From: Mobula hypostoma
Taxonomy: Eukaryota
Direction: 5' to 3'
Length of the DNA: 64,000 bases
NCBI RefSeq assembly: GCF_963921235.1
Contig: NC_086097.1
Span: forward strand, 161,140,001 to 161,204,000
Numbering within the stretch: the first letter of the stretch is position 1; each line of letters starts with the position of its first letter. The position numbers and the translations under genes are program-made. Shown here piece by piece: positions 13,440-26,784 of this stretch. The notes beneath the pieces were generated by a model that saw nothing but the letters and a program-made list of their open reading frames with translations, was not told the DNA's origin and did no database searches.

Positions 13440-13848
13440 TTCTTTTGGACCAGCACATCTATAAGGAGTGCTGCCACAAGAAAGCAGCCTCCATCATTAA
13501 GGATCCACACCATCCAAGCCATGCTTTCTTCTCAGGAGTCTTAGGTCCCACACCTAGGAACAGTCATTACAGTTATTACCCTTCAACCATCAGGCTCCTG
13601 AGCTAGCATGGATAATTTCAACCTACGGACTCACTTTCAAGTCTCTGCAACTCATGTTCTCAGTATTATTTATTTACTTACTCTTTAATTTGCACAAATT
13701 GTCTTCTTTAGCGCATTGGCTGTTCATCAGTCTTTGTGCGCAGTTTTTCATTGTATTATATTTCCATGTTCTTCTGTAAACACCTGCAAGAAAATGAATC
13801 GCAAGGTAGTATATGTATTTCGATAATAAATTTACTTTGAACTTTGAA
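13440..13848 (+). mobile_element. Rex1-type LINE 3' end
   Basis: Contains the KAASIIKDPHHP-like segment and a 3' UTR ending aataaatttactttgaactttgaa. Confidence 0.65.
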
Positions 13849-14607
13849 AAATCTCACTCAAACTGTTTCCTCAAATGTGCAGCATCCGAAAAAACTGTAA
13901 TAGAGGAGCAACGTCAATGTGAATGTTCAACCCCAACAACTGGGATATAAATTAGGAAAGTGTGTGGTAGCATATGCCATTAATATTCTCTTTAAGGACA
14001 TTTTCTTAACAGTTTCAGATGATCAAAAATAATGTCATTACTGGAAATTTGCACTGTTTGCTTGTGGTTTACTTAATATAACGACTTCAGATCTGTTGCG
14101 TCCGCTTCAGAGAGCAATAGGGCTTCCACATGTGTTTTTACTTTCTCCAGCATCAGAAAAAGTTCTAAAAATTATTTTTTCATGAAAAGAAAGAAATTGA
14201 ACATTTTATCTTGAAATATAAAGATATGCTAAACCTCACAGGGCAAAATCAAAGAGAGTGAAACAACATTGTCATTGTGGTTAGCTGTTCCTGTTTATGA
14301 CTCTCAAATTTGGTGTGTTGGAAAACACTTCAAGTTTTTGTTCATTTTAAAGTCATTGTTGGGTAGTCAATTCTGGAATAGTGGTTCATTTCTTGAGCGT
14401 CCTGGTCAGTTTACCACAGTAGTATTGTGTAAGATGGGTAGTTTTGATCTAACTAATTCATGTTTTGTTCACACACACCGCTTCTGTTCCTCTCCACATA
14501 ATGTATAATAAGTAAAATTATATTGAGAAGTGTGGAAGAGGAAGGACCATTAATTCCACGTCCGCAGATAAAAAATAACAGATCAGGCACAAAGGATGCC
14601 TTCCTGT

Positions 14608-14900
14608 ATGGTGGCTTAGTGGTGCAATTGGTAGAGCTCCACTATCCAAGGTCCAATACTGATCTAGGGTGCTGTCTTTGTGAAGTTTGTACGTTCTCCC
14701 TGTGACTTCTTGTTTACTCCAGCTGCTCAAGTTTCATCTGACATCCCAAAGGTTAAGCGCCTACTGTAGATTGCCCAGAGTGTGTAGATCATTAGTAGAA
14801 AATGGTGGGAGTTGATAGGAACAGGGAGAATAAAAAGAGAGTTAGGTGTAACATAGGTGTAAGTGGGTGCTTGATGGTTGTAGGTTCAGTGGGCTAAAGA
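14608..14900 (+). mobile_element. tRNA-derived V-domain SINE, decayed
   Basis: An A-box-like head (gtggtgcaattggtagagc) is followed by the V-domain-like gaagtttgtacgttctccctgtgac...ctccagctgctcaagtttc...catcccaaag. Confidence 0.6.
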
Positions 14901-15611
14901 GAATGACTATTAAATCTAAAACAAAACATCAACAGGTAGATAATGCTATACATGCACAACATTAGGACCTAACTTGAATATTTTATACAGTTCTGGTTAA
15001 CAAATTACAGAGAAAATGTGAATACACTACATGGGATGAAGAGGAGATTTATGGCAATATTACGAGAACTGGAAAATTCCATCTACGGGAGCCAATTAGA
15101 TTGACAGAGATAGCTTCCTTGGAACAGAGGAAGCTGACCAGAATGTTAATTGATGAGTATTAAATCATGAGGGACCTAGAGAGTATAAATAAGAAAGCCA
15201 TTTTCCCTTTATCTGAGCAGTCAAAATCTAGTACTGATGTAAGGTTATTGGCCCAACACATTAACTTTGCTTATCTCTCCACAGATGCATTTGGACCTGC
15301 TGAACAAATCCAATGACATCTTAATTTGTCTCAAAAATTAATGTAATGGATCGTAGAATTACTGGGATGGTGAAAAGATGCTCTAATTTCCAAAGGAGTG
15401 CAAGGGTTTAGAAGTCACTTCTTGAATGGGTAATAGACCCAGAAACCTTCACCATATTAAATCATACTTGGATGAGCACTTGAGCTGTGACCTGCAAGGT
15501 TATGGATCAGTTGCTAGAAGGAGGCATCAGAATGCACAGCTTGTTTGACCTGCATGGTACACGATGGGCTAAATGGACTCCTTTTATGTCCTGAATTTTT
15601 CATGATTCTAG

Positions 15612-16290
15612 GTTAGATTAGATTATGAGGACACGCAGTCCTCGTTTATTGTCATTTAGTAATGCATGCATTAAGAAATGATACAATGTTCCTCCAGTAT
15701 GATATCACAGAAACACAAGACAGACCAAGACTAAAAAACTGACAAAAACCACATAATTATAACATACTGTTATAACAGCGCAAAACAATACTGTAATTTG
15801 ATAAAGAACAGACCATGGGCACGGTAAAAAAAGTCTCAAAGTCTCAAAAGTCCCATCATCTCACGCAGATGGTAGAAGGAAGAAAACTCTCCCTGCCATG
15901 AACCTCCAGCGCTGCAAACTTGCTGATGCAGCACCCTGGAAGCATCCGACCACAGCCGACTCTTGAGTCTGTCCGAAAACTTCAAGCCTCCGACCAGCCC
16001 TCCAACACCGAGCACCGAGCACCATCTCTGCCGAGCGCTCCGACTCCGGCCCTGGCCGCCAAGCAACAGGCAAAGCCGAGGATTCAGGGCCTTCCCCTCT
16101 GGAGATTCTCGATCGCACAGTAGCAGTGGCAGCGAAGCAGGCATTTCAGAAGTTTCTCCAGATGTTCCTCCATGCTTCACACGTCTGCCTCCATCAAATC
16201 AGGATTGTGCACAGCATCCTACTTGACAAATACAGATATCATTCATCGGAGAGTCCGTGCATGCTGCGTCGCACTGCATCTTCTCCTCCC
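15612..16290 (-). mobile_element. Non-coding non-autonomous retroelement (~680 bp) with 3' stem-loop and (AATCT)n tail
   Basis: The minus-strand 3' end is AATAAA-C-GAGGAC-tgcgt-GTCCTC-ataatctaatctaac. The 5' half is GC/CpG-rich, has no tRNA A/B boxes and no recognisable ORF. Confidence 0.55.
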
Positions 16291-19167
16291 CTAAAAGAGA
16301 ACATTATAACATTAAACCTTAAATGAGATTAGAAGTAGCAAATGAATATCAAATATCAGGAATATGAAAATTCTGGGAATCCTCAGCAATCAGGCACAAT
16401 TGAGAAGAGGAGGAATATCTTCACAGAGAGGGTGGTGATTACTTTGAATTCTCTACCAAACGGCTATGTATTTCTGCCACTGACTTTGACAAATTTCTGG
16501 ATATTAAGAAAATCAAGGGACATGTGGAAAGTACAAAGAAGTGGAAGAGCAGCCATGAGCTTGATGAATGATAGAACAAGTTTAAGAGCCAAATGGCTTA
16601 CTCCTGTTCCTAATTATGTTCTTGGAAGTCTGATGTCAAACCTCCACTTGTGGCTATACCCACTCATGGGGAAGGCTTCAGGAGTAAAACCCGATACAAA
16701 AGTCCGAGGCTGGAGTTCCTAAGGCAGACCTTGAGTTCAATGCTCTCTGGCAGCTCCTGCAATGCCACTGGTGCTAAATTGTATTGGTCTCTGCCATTGC
16801 TTTGGATTCATCAACTATGTGGAGAGGGAGAGCTGCTGTATAGGCAACAGCTTGTTCTCCATACCGTACTGCCCTGGTTTGTGTATCATGTAGACAAGTA
16901 AGGCGCAATATCCATAGTCAACACTAACTAAAAGCGGGTTTCTTGCACAACTTCACCAAACTGCCTAGTACTGATCAGTGGCAACTGGCCAGATCCCAGC
17001 AGTCAATCTTAGTTTTCTGGCTCACCAATGACAACCATGACCAGCAGGCCCTTCTTGACTAATGGCCAGTCATTGCCTTGAATCTCCATTGCAATCCATC
17101 ACTAGTTGGCTCTCCCCCCCCCCCCGCCCAAGTTTCTGCAACATTCTAACAACACTCCCCATCCCCAGGACCAGGCCACAATTTTCTCTATGCCTTTTCA
17201 CTGGATGAGTTTGCAAATGCAAAGCAATATAAAGGTGTAAGCCATCTCAGTATGCAGCATCCATTTAATTCACAATGGTGGATACCAAAACAATTCTCTT
17301 GCACTTATTTAGCACCTTTGAAGTAACTTAGATTCCAAGCTATTTTACAGAAATGTTATCAAACAAACTTTTGATCCAGACCACAAGAGGAGAGGTCAGC
17401 ACAAAAGACAAAATGTTTGGCAAAGAATTTGGTTTCATAAATAGAATCATGATTAATTGCTGCTCAATAGTCATATCAGAAGGCAAAGATGTGTTTCCTT
17501 CTTCCATCCACTGCCGTCCTCCCAATAAACACAAACAGATCTAGGTGGATAAATGTTAAAACTTATTGCTCATATGGTGAAATATATGGCTGTTCGCTTT
17601 GATAGGAGGGATAATGTGAATCACTTTTCTCCTAAACAGTAACAAACAACATTTCTTATCAACTCTCCTTTAGTAAAGATGCAGAGACACAGAGAATTCA
17701 AAAGCAAATCAGTCAAAGACAGTTCTGCTTCAGAAATACATTCCTGATCAAGCAAAGTTGTCCAACATAAAACTGTTGGCTTACAGGTTCACATCACACC
17801 TGCTCACAAGTTTGGCATTGCTATTGCAATGCTCAAACATCTATACAACAGAGGAAAAAATGGAAAAACCTTTGGCCATTTGAAGACCTACACCAGAAGT
17901 TGTTAATGAGTCAGTCCATATGCTTGAGATGACAAAATATGCTCCAATGTCTGTGAATGTTGTGGGTCATATTTTATTTGGGGTTAGGGCAACTGTTGCC
18001 CCTGTAAGCACCTCCAACACCCATCAGCAAAGTAGGATGCCTGCACCCACGTTCTTCATACCTGTCCTGGTCAGATCAGCAGATGTATTCCATCACCCAA
18101 TAGCAAAGCAATTTCGACTGGGAATGGCTGGGTTAAGACTATCAGATAAGATGAAAGATTTTTTCTCACAGTAACTGCACGTAATTATGCAGAAGCTCTG
18201 CAGATGTGTTACTGATGCTCAAGATACCTAGGTAGCCCCATAAATCACTGGGCTGGGGTTCCAGTGCAGTGCTCTTTTATATCACATTTCCACCTGCTTT
18301 ACATTTTCCAGAGTCCAGTGTCTTTGGTCTTCCCACTATTTATTTAGAGGAATTTTCCACTCCTCTAGTATGACATGTTTAAAATAAGAGACACCAGAGA
18401 GACTGCGGAAGGTCATGGTATATATGCAACAAACGCTAGAAGCCTCACCCAACGTATCTTCTTGTCTTGCTCTTTTCGCTGGCTTTGCCACCATTATACT
18501 ATATTTTGTGGTGCCTTTCTTTGCCAGTTTCTAACCCTACATCTGACATTAAAATGTATTTTAATTGGTATAGAATATCACCAATTCTCAAACTATCCAT
18601 AGAAATGCATGAGTGATCTTAATGCCTGCAGTGAGGACAAATTCAATTTAATTAAAATGACTTTTGAATATGGGTTTGGTATGGAGAGAGCATGTTATTT
18701 ATGATGGATGCTGCAAACATTATCCTCCCACGTTGAATTAGTCTGACAACATGGTGCACCTCACTGTGCACCTTGAAGCAGTATATTATTATTAGATTCT
18801 TTTCCCTTTAAGTGATCAACATTATAAGCATTTCAAATTTATTATATTGATAGTGTCTCACAGAAACATCAACTTCACATTTCCAACTTTTGTTCTCAAG
18901 ACAATTTTTTTAAATGCCTTCGAAATGACATTGTTTACTTGAAATCACACAGCTTCCCAGACTTTGAGACTCCATTAGCTTCAAATAAAGTAATTTACTC
19001 ACCTGTTTCCTGTACAACTTTGTTCATGCATCATTGCTCACTTGCTCTGCTTATTATCACTTACATACATATTTCTTCCCTAAAATTTACAAGACATTTT
19101 ATTACCCCTGCATTTCGCTCCTTCTTGTTACTGGTTTGCTTGCAGTTCAGTTACAATTTACAATGAA

Positions 19168-19305
19168 GGAGTCAGAAGAAAGGTCTCTGCCCGAAAAATC
19201 AACAGTTTATTCAACTCGACAGATGCTGCCTGACCTGCTGAGTTCCTCTAGTATTTTGTGTGTGCTGCTTTGGATTTCCAGCATCTGCAGACTTTCTCAT
19301 GTTTA
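19168..19305 (+). mobile_element. Solo Penelope-like pLTR, decayed hammerhead
   Basis: Reads agtcagaagaaaggtctctgcccgaaaaatcaacag...gatgctgcctgacctgctgagttcctc...ttccagcatctgcagactttctcatgttt. Confidence 0.65.
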
Positions 19306-20643
19306 TTACAATAAGGGGCTCATTTCAGCCCAAAACGACTGCACCATAAACATTCAGCCCATAATCTTCAAGATATCCAAATTGGTTTCAACCTTGAGCC
19401 CTGTTTCAAGTTAAATAGGGATGTTGCAGGTTGTCAACCTCATATTTTGCTACAATTTTTAATATTGTTTTCTCAAGGTAAGGGCCACTTGCAAGACCAG
19501 CATTTAATTGCTATCCCTAATCACCCTCAAGAATTTAACTGTAAGCTATCTCCTTGAATTTATCCCATCTTTCTGGTAGCATTTTTAATCAACTACTTTT
19601 CAAAATCAAGACCATGCAGGTGGTGGTATTTCTGAGTATCTTATCCTTGTTGGTGGTAGAGGTCATAATTTTGGGTGACACTCACAAGCTAGCCTAGGTG
19701 AGTAATAGCACTTTTCTATATGGGAGCTACTGGGGCCAAGGTTTACTATTGGTGGTAGAAATGAGTGATTGTAGTGGTTAATGAGATGCCAATGAAGTAG
19801 CCTCCTTTGATCTGGATGGTGTTGATCTTAGTGAATGATGTAGCAGATTCATTCACCTCAACAAGTGGGAAGCATTCCAACACTTATCAGAATGTTTTGT
19901 AGTTCTTGCTGCATGCAGGCATGGATTGCTATATCTTCTAAGACATTTTGAGAGGAATTGAAGATGGTGCAATCATTAGCAAACATCCCCATTTCTAATT
20001 ATATGTTGGAAGGAAGATTATTGAGGAAGCAGCTGAAGATGGTTTGGAGCAACGTTCTGGGACCAATAGCTTGACCTCTGGCAGCAACATCCAACTTCTG
20101 TTGTGTGAAGTATAATTAACTGGAGTGCTTTTCCTTCAATGCCCATTGACTTTGGTAATACCAAAGCTCCTTGATCTCACACTCAGTCAAAACTTGAGTA
20201 CCATTAGAAACTAAGCCAGCTTCTCTACAGATAGTTAATTGGATATATTGGAGACGAGAAGCATCATGGCAATTATGATGGAAATTAACAGGGATGGGAC
20301 AGGCCAAGAATATGCTGGCAGAAAGCAGGGTTTTCATGTGTCAGGTCAACCATTTTAACCCACACACAAAAAAAATGTATAAAAAAGAAGGTACTAACTG
20401 CAGAAAGAAATGTTCAGAGGTCTTCTTAATGGTGTTTATTACACACCTCAACCTTTGCAAAATCTGGAACCAACAGGTACTTAATTTCTTTAACCTATAT
20501 GATCATTTCAATCAGAATGACTCAAGTTCTATAGACTAATTTATACATGGAAACAGTCTTCTGTCTGTTTGGCCAGTAACACTGACCATACACTCAGTAG
20601 CCACTTTATTAAGTGCACCTTTATATTTGCTACTGAGACCATG

Positions 20644-21771
20644 TGTCATGGTCCGGTCCGTGTTCCGGTCCGTATTCCGGTTCACGGTCTGGTCCATCGA
20701 CCCTTGCTCCAGGTTTTCCTGTCTACCCTGTTTCTGTTCTTGTTGAGCTCTATTGAGGCAGCTGATGCTCGCTGGGGCTGGCTGCATAAATACCTTCAGA
20801 GACCAGGGCGTGGCTGCTGGATTGTTCTTGTCCTTACTCCTTGTATCCCTTCCTCTGCCTTCTGTTTCCTCACCTGAAGCCTTGCCTTGTCTTACCGGTA
20901 ACTCTTCCCTCGCCTGAAGTTCTCGTCACGCTTTGCATTGCCTGAAGCCTTGCCTTGTCTTGCTGGTAACTCTCGCCTCATCTCGCCTGCAGTCTTGTCC
21001 TGGAGCCACCCTGTACCTAGCTCCCTTCCTGTCCCTTGCCTCCGCCCAGGTAAGCCAGGCCGTATTGCCGTTACCTGCGGTTGCTTCTGTCCCTTCCTGT
21101 CCCTTGCCTCCATTGGGTAAGCCAGGCCGTATTGCCGTTACCTGCAGTTGGTTCTGACCCTTCCTATCCCTTGCCTCTGTCGGGTGGTGAACTGCGCCCT
21201 GCCCAGGAGAACCGTGCCCTGCCCAGGAGTACCGCGCCCTGCCCAGGGAAACCACGCCCTACCCAGGAGGAGCCTCCAGCCTCCAGCCCCAAGTCTCGCC
21301 TCAAGCCTGAAGACTCCAGCCTTCTGCCTTCTGCCAAGCCTCGCCTCAAGTCTCTAGTCTCAAACCTGAAGACTCCATCCTCCTGCCTCCTGCCAAGCCT
21401 CGCCTCCGGTCTCTAGCTTCTAGCCTCAAGCCTGAAGACTCCACCCTCCTGCCTCCTGCCAAGCCTCGACTGGAGTCTCTAGCCTCTAGCCTCAAGCCTT
21501 AAGACTCCAGCCTCATCCTGCCTGCCAGCCAAGCCTCGTCCTTGCCTAGTTCTGGGGTCCGAGCCAGAGACAAGACCCAGGTACTGGGTCCTTGTCCAGT
21601 CCCTGGCTCGGAGTCCAAGCCCGGGCTCCTAGCTCTCTTGTCCAGTCCTGTTCCGGGTACCCGGTTTTCGTGTCCATGTCCTTGCTCTCACCCTGTATCC
21701 CAGTCCTGTACCTAGTCCTTCAGTGTCTGTGTCTTGCACTTGGGTCCGTCCCCAGCCACCTCCTTATGACA
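20644..21771 (+). mobile_element. Solo LTR (Gypsy-like), 1128 bp
   Basis: Termini TGTCAT...ATGACA; perfect 5-bp TSD CCATG at 20639-20643 and 21772-21776; TATA-like CATAAATA at 20785-20792; internal tandem repeats. Strand is inferred from the TATA-like box and from homology to the LTR at 50712. Confidence 0.85.
21023..21540. repeat. Three consecutive tandem-repeat arrays inside the solo LTR
   Basis: A 67-68-bp unit starts at 21023, 21091 and 21158 (last copy partial); about four copies of a ~20-bp gccctgcccagg unit; about four copies of a cctcaagcctgaagactcca...ctgccaagcctcg unit. Confidence 0.85.
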
Positions 21772-22171
21772 CCATGACACTCATGACAGCATCACAAGCT
21801 TTAAGCTTAGCTTCAGAGAGCAGGTGATAGGAAAGTCTTGTTGGAATTTTCATCCTTAAAAGATAATTGATAGCTAAGTTTACAAAGTTAATATAAAGTT
21901 AAATCATAAAGATACGGTAGTAAAGGTTGTAAGTGAAAGAAGGAAACACTGAAGTAAGAAATTAGCCATGATCTTAATGAATGCCAGAACTAATATATAG
22001 GACTAAATGGCTGGGAAACCAGCTAAAATAACCAAGGACTTTTTCCGTACTAGTAATTCTCTCTTCACCCCACTAACAAATGGGCAAATGATAAAATAGC
22101 TTGAGAACATATAACACCAGGCTCAAGACCACTTCCATCCTGCTGTTATAAGATGCTTGAATGGAACTCTC

Positions 22172-24945
22172 ATATCAGAATCATGTTTAATATTCCTAGC
22201 ATACATTGTCAAATTTCTTGTTTTGCAGCAGCAATACATTACAATACATAATAGTTGTTTTAAAGCTATAAATTACTATATATTTTTTTTAAAATAAGTA
22301 GTGCAAAAAGAGAACAAAATGAAATAGTGAGGTTCATTGTCCGTTCAGAATTCTGATGGAGGAGGGGAAGAAGCTGTTCCTGAAATAATGGGTGTGTGGC
22401 TTCAGGCTCCTGTGCCTCCTTCTGGATGGTGGTAATGAGAAGAGAGCATGATCTAGGTGATGGGGGAGAGGTGTGTCTTTAACGATGGATACCACCTTCT
22501 TGAGGCATCACCTTCTGAAGGTGCCCTCAGTGTTAGGGAGGCTAGTGACAGTGATGGAGCTGACTGAGTTTACAACTATTTGCAGCTTTTTTCTGATCTT
22601 GTGCAGTGGCTCCTTCATATCAGATAGGGATGCAACCAGTTAGAATGCTCTCCAATGGTACACCTATAGACATACCAAGTCTCCTCAAAGTCCTAATGAA
22701 ATATAGTCCCTATCATGCCTTCTGTGTAATTGCAGCAATATGTTGGACTAGGATAGATCTTCAGAGATGTTGACACTCAGGAATTTGAACCTGTTCATCT
22801 TCTCCACTGCTGATCCTTTGATAAGGACTGATTTGTGTCCCCTGACTTCCCCTTCCAGAAGACCACATTGAATTCCTTGGTCTTACTGACATTGAATGTA
22901 AGGTCGTTGTTGTGACAACACTCAACTAGCTAAACTATCTCGCTCCTGTACCATCTGAAAGTCTGCTAACAATAGTTGCGTCATTCACAAATTTGTAGAT
23001 GCCATTTGAGCTGTGCTTAGCTACACACTCATGGGTGTAGAGAGAGTAGAGCAGTGGACTAAGCACGCATCCTTGAGGTGTTGATGATAGTCAGTGAGGA
23101 GGAGATGTTATTTCTGATCTGCACTGACTGTGGTCTCCTGGTGAAGAAGTTAAGGATCCAGTTACGGAGGCCCAGGTTTTGGAGCTTGTCGGTTAGAACT
23201 GAGTGTATACTTGCATTGAATGGGGATCTGTAATCAATAAACAGCAGACTGAAATAGCTATTGCTACTGTCCATGTGATCCAAGGCCGAGCGGAGAGCCA
23301 GTGAGATTGCATCTGCTGTAGACCTATTGTCATGATAGGCAAGTTGCAGTGGTTCCAGGTTCTTACTTAGCCAAGAGTTGATTCTGGCCATGAGCATCAT
23401 TTCAAAGCACTTTATCATAGTAGACATGAATACAAGTTGGAGATATTTGTTGAGGTAGTTCACCCTGCCTTTCTTAGGCATGGCTGTCACCATTTAAGGT
23501 AGGTGGGAACCTTAAAATGTAGGAGTGAGAGATTAAAGAAGTCCTTGAACACTCCCGCCAGTTGATCGACACAGGTTTTCAATGCCCTATCAGAGGCTGA
23601 CATCTTGCAAGGGTTCACCTTCTTGAAGGTGACAAGATCACAAGGTCACCAGATTTTGCAGGGATTCACAGAGGTATAGTTTTATTCTCCCTTTCAAAAC
23701 ATGCGTAAAAGGTGTTGAGCTCATCTGAGAGTGAAGCATCACAGCCAGTCATGACGTTAGGTTTCGCCTTGTTGGAAGTAAAACCCTGAAAACCCTACCA
23801 GAGATGTTGTGCATCCAATTCCATCTCTAATTTCAATAGGAATTGTTTTTTCACCCTTAAAATAGCTTTCTGTAGATCATACCTTGACTTTTTCTATAGT
23901 TCTGGATCACCAGTCTTGAATGCCACATATCTAGCAGACTATGAATCTCCTGGTTCATCCACAGTTTTTGGTTTGGATATATCTTGTACTTTCTCGAAAG
24001 CAAACACACATGCACACCGGTCTTGACAAAGTTGGTGACAAGTTGGTGAAATCTGTATTCATTCAGATTTGGAAATGAATCCCTGAATATTCTCCAGTCC
24101 ACTGATTCAAAGAAGTTCCTATAGCGCACTTCGGCATTCCCTGACCATACTTTCTTGGTCCTCACTACTGGTGCTACAGTTTATAGTTTTTGCCTATATG
24201 CTAGGAGTAGAAATACAGCCAGGTGATCAGATTTTCCAAAGTGTGACCATAGGATATCACAGTAAGCATTCTTGATGGTGGTAGAACAGTGGTCAAGTGT
24301 GTTGGCTCCTCTGGTTCCACTGGTAGTAGGTGTTCAGAGACTTCTTCAAGCCAATCTGGTTGAAATCCCTCACAGTGATGGAGAAGCATTAGGGTGCACT
24401 GTTTCATGACTGCTGATTTCATGCACAGTTCCTCCAGAGCCTGCCTGACGTTGGCCAAAGGTGGAATGTGCACCACTCCCGGTATGAAGGCAGAAAACAC
24501 CCTTGGCAGATAAAATGGATAACACTTGACCACTAGGTGTTCGAGGTCAGGGGAGCAGGACTGAGACAGAAGCACCATATCTATGCACCACAATGAGTTA
24601 ATCATAAAACATAGTCCAGCTCCTCTACCTTTAAAAGACTGAACTATCCTGTCTTTACAGGGAATGTGAAGCCATTGGGCCGCAGCACTGCATCTAAAAT
24701 GGTGCGGGTGAGCCACGTTTCCATAGCAACATACCCAGCAGCCCATGATGTCCATCTGGTCCTGTAATCTTGCTTTAAGGTCTTCAGTTTTATTTTCTGG
24801 AGATTGTACATTTACCAACAGAATATTCAGGAGAGAAGGTCTAAAGCCTCTGTATTTCAATCAGACCTGCAGATCAGCTCAGCTTCCAAGCTTCTATTTT
24901 CTTAAAGGGGAGCTGAACTCGCGACCTGAATCTGCCATCCAGGAT
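22172..24945 (-). mobile_element. Rex1/Babar LINE, near full-length, decayed (APE endonuclease and RT)
   Basis: Endonuclease start LLVNVQSPENKTEDLKARL and CYPFYLPRVFS; RT MPKKGRVNYLN...MIKCFE...LEPLQLAYHDNRSTADAISLAL...LLFIDYRSPFN; 3' tgattctgat tail near 22175. Confidence 0.88.
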
Positions 24946-24964
24946 ACACCAATACCGATAAATT

Positions 24965-25855
24965 TTCAGAATCAGAATCAGGTTTATTATCACCGGCATG
25001 TGACATGAAATTTAAATAAATAATAAAAAATAAATCAATTACAGTAAATTTATATCGAATAGATTAAAAAACACACAAAAAAACAGAAATACTGTATATT
25101 TTAAAAAGTGAGGTAGTGTCCAAGGGTTCAAAGTCCATTTAGGAATCAGATGGCAGAGGGGAAGAAGCTGTTCCTGAATCGCTGAGTGTGTGCCTTCAGA
25201 CTTCTGTACCTCCTACCTGCTGGTAAGAGTGAGAAAATGACATAACCCAGGTGCAGGAGGTGCTTAATAATGGACACTGCCTTTCTGAGACACTGCTCCC
25301 TAAAGATGTCCTGGGTACTTTGTAGGCTAGTACCCAAGAAGGAGCTGACTAGATTTACAACCCTCTGCAGCTTCTTTCGGTCCTGTGCAGTAGCCCCTCC
25401 ATACCAGACAGTGATGCAGCCTGTCAGAATGCTCTCCACAGTACACCTATAAAAGTTTTTGAGTGTATTTGTTGACATTCCAAATCTCTTCAAACTCCTA
25501 ATGAAGTATAGCTGCTGTCTTGCCTTCTTTGTAACTACATCGATATGTTGGGACCAGGTTAGATCCTCAGAGACCTTGACACCCAGGAACTCGAAACTGC
25601 TCAGTCTCTCCAATTTTGATCCCTCTATAAGGATTGGCGTGTGGTCCTTCATCTTATCCTTCCATAATCAGCTCTTTCATCTTCCTGACGTTGAGTGTCA
25701 GGTTGTTGCTGCGGCACCATTCCACTAGTTGGCATATCTCACTCCTGTACGCCCTCTCGTCACCACCTGAGATTCGATCAACAATGGTTGTATTGTCAGC
25801 AACTTTATAGAAGGTACTTGAGCTATGCCTAGCCACACAATAGTGTGATAGCAAT
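24965..25855 (-). mobile_element. Rex1/Babar LINE 3' third (younger copy)
   Basis: Reads KVADNTTIVDRISGGDERAYRSEI (decayed FADD), FEFLGVKVSEDLTWS, KKARQQLYFIRSLKRFG, TQRFRNSFFPSAI, and ends in a (CTGATT)n tail at 24965-24980. Confidence 0.9.
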
Positions 25856-26784
25856 AGTCTGAGTCAGAATCAGGTTTAATATCACCAGCCCATGTTGTGA
25901 AATTTGTCTGATGTCTTAAAACAATGTTGCTCACTGAAGTACGCACAGCTGTGCCTGGATTTCTGCTGCAGTAGCCCTAAACATGAATATATGATGATTC
26001 CAATTGGACCTCACAAAAATTCGACACTTATCAGTTGTTCATTTGACTTAAGATGAACTCTTAATTTCTCAACTACTTCATCATGACCCTTGCTGCCTGC
26101 ACAGCACTTTCTCTGTAACTGTAACATTATATTCTGTTTCTGCTTATTTTCCCTTTTATACTACTTCAATGAATGTGTGTATAAAATGATCTGTCTAGAG
26201 GGCACACAGATACGAACTTTTTACTGTAGTTTGGTGCATGTGACCACAATAAACAAATTACTAATTAGCAATTATCGCCTCCTCCTTTGATTCTTTTATG
26301 TTATTATGTTCTGAATTCAAACGAGTTGGGTTCCAGTAAGAAGTGTATTTCAGACCAATGACAAATAAAATGACAGACAAGCTGCTGAAACACTGCAACT
26401 CAGCAGGTCAGACAACATTCCCCGCAGATGCTGCTCAACATGTTGGGTTCCTCCAGCAGATTGTTTGTTGCTTCAAATTCCAGCTTTTGCACAGTCCCTT
26501 GCACTTTTGATGACAAATCAATTCTTCTTTACACAAAGTGTCATCACCCTTGATGTGAGCTCCCAGACAGAATGACATTGAAAATCCTGGAATCAATTAA
26601 GAAGCCAACAGTGTGACTGTTTCTCCTACCTCAAACAATGTCAGAGATTCAAGAGTGCTATAAGGCATAACCTCTGCTTCCTGAGTTTAGCAACCAAGAA
26701 ATAATTGTTTCCAGATGTCAACTGCAGGAAAATCGGCCTTTGGCACCCAAGTAGTTTCATCAAGTCTCTGGAAGGATAAAATAA

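Noticed and set aside
21023..21540. CRISPR-like regularly spaced repeats
   Set aside because: The units are adjacent, degenerate tandem duplications without unique spacers, lie inside a TG...CA LTR, and no cas genes are present; the context is a vertebrate genome.
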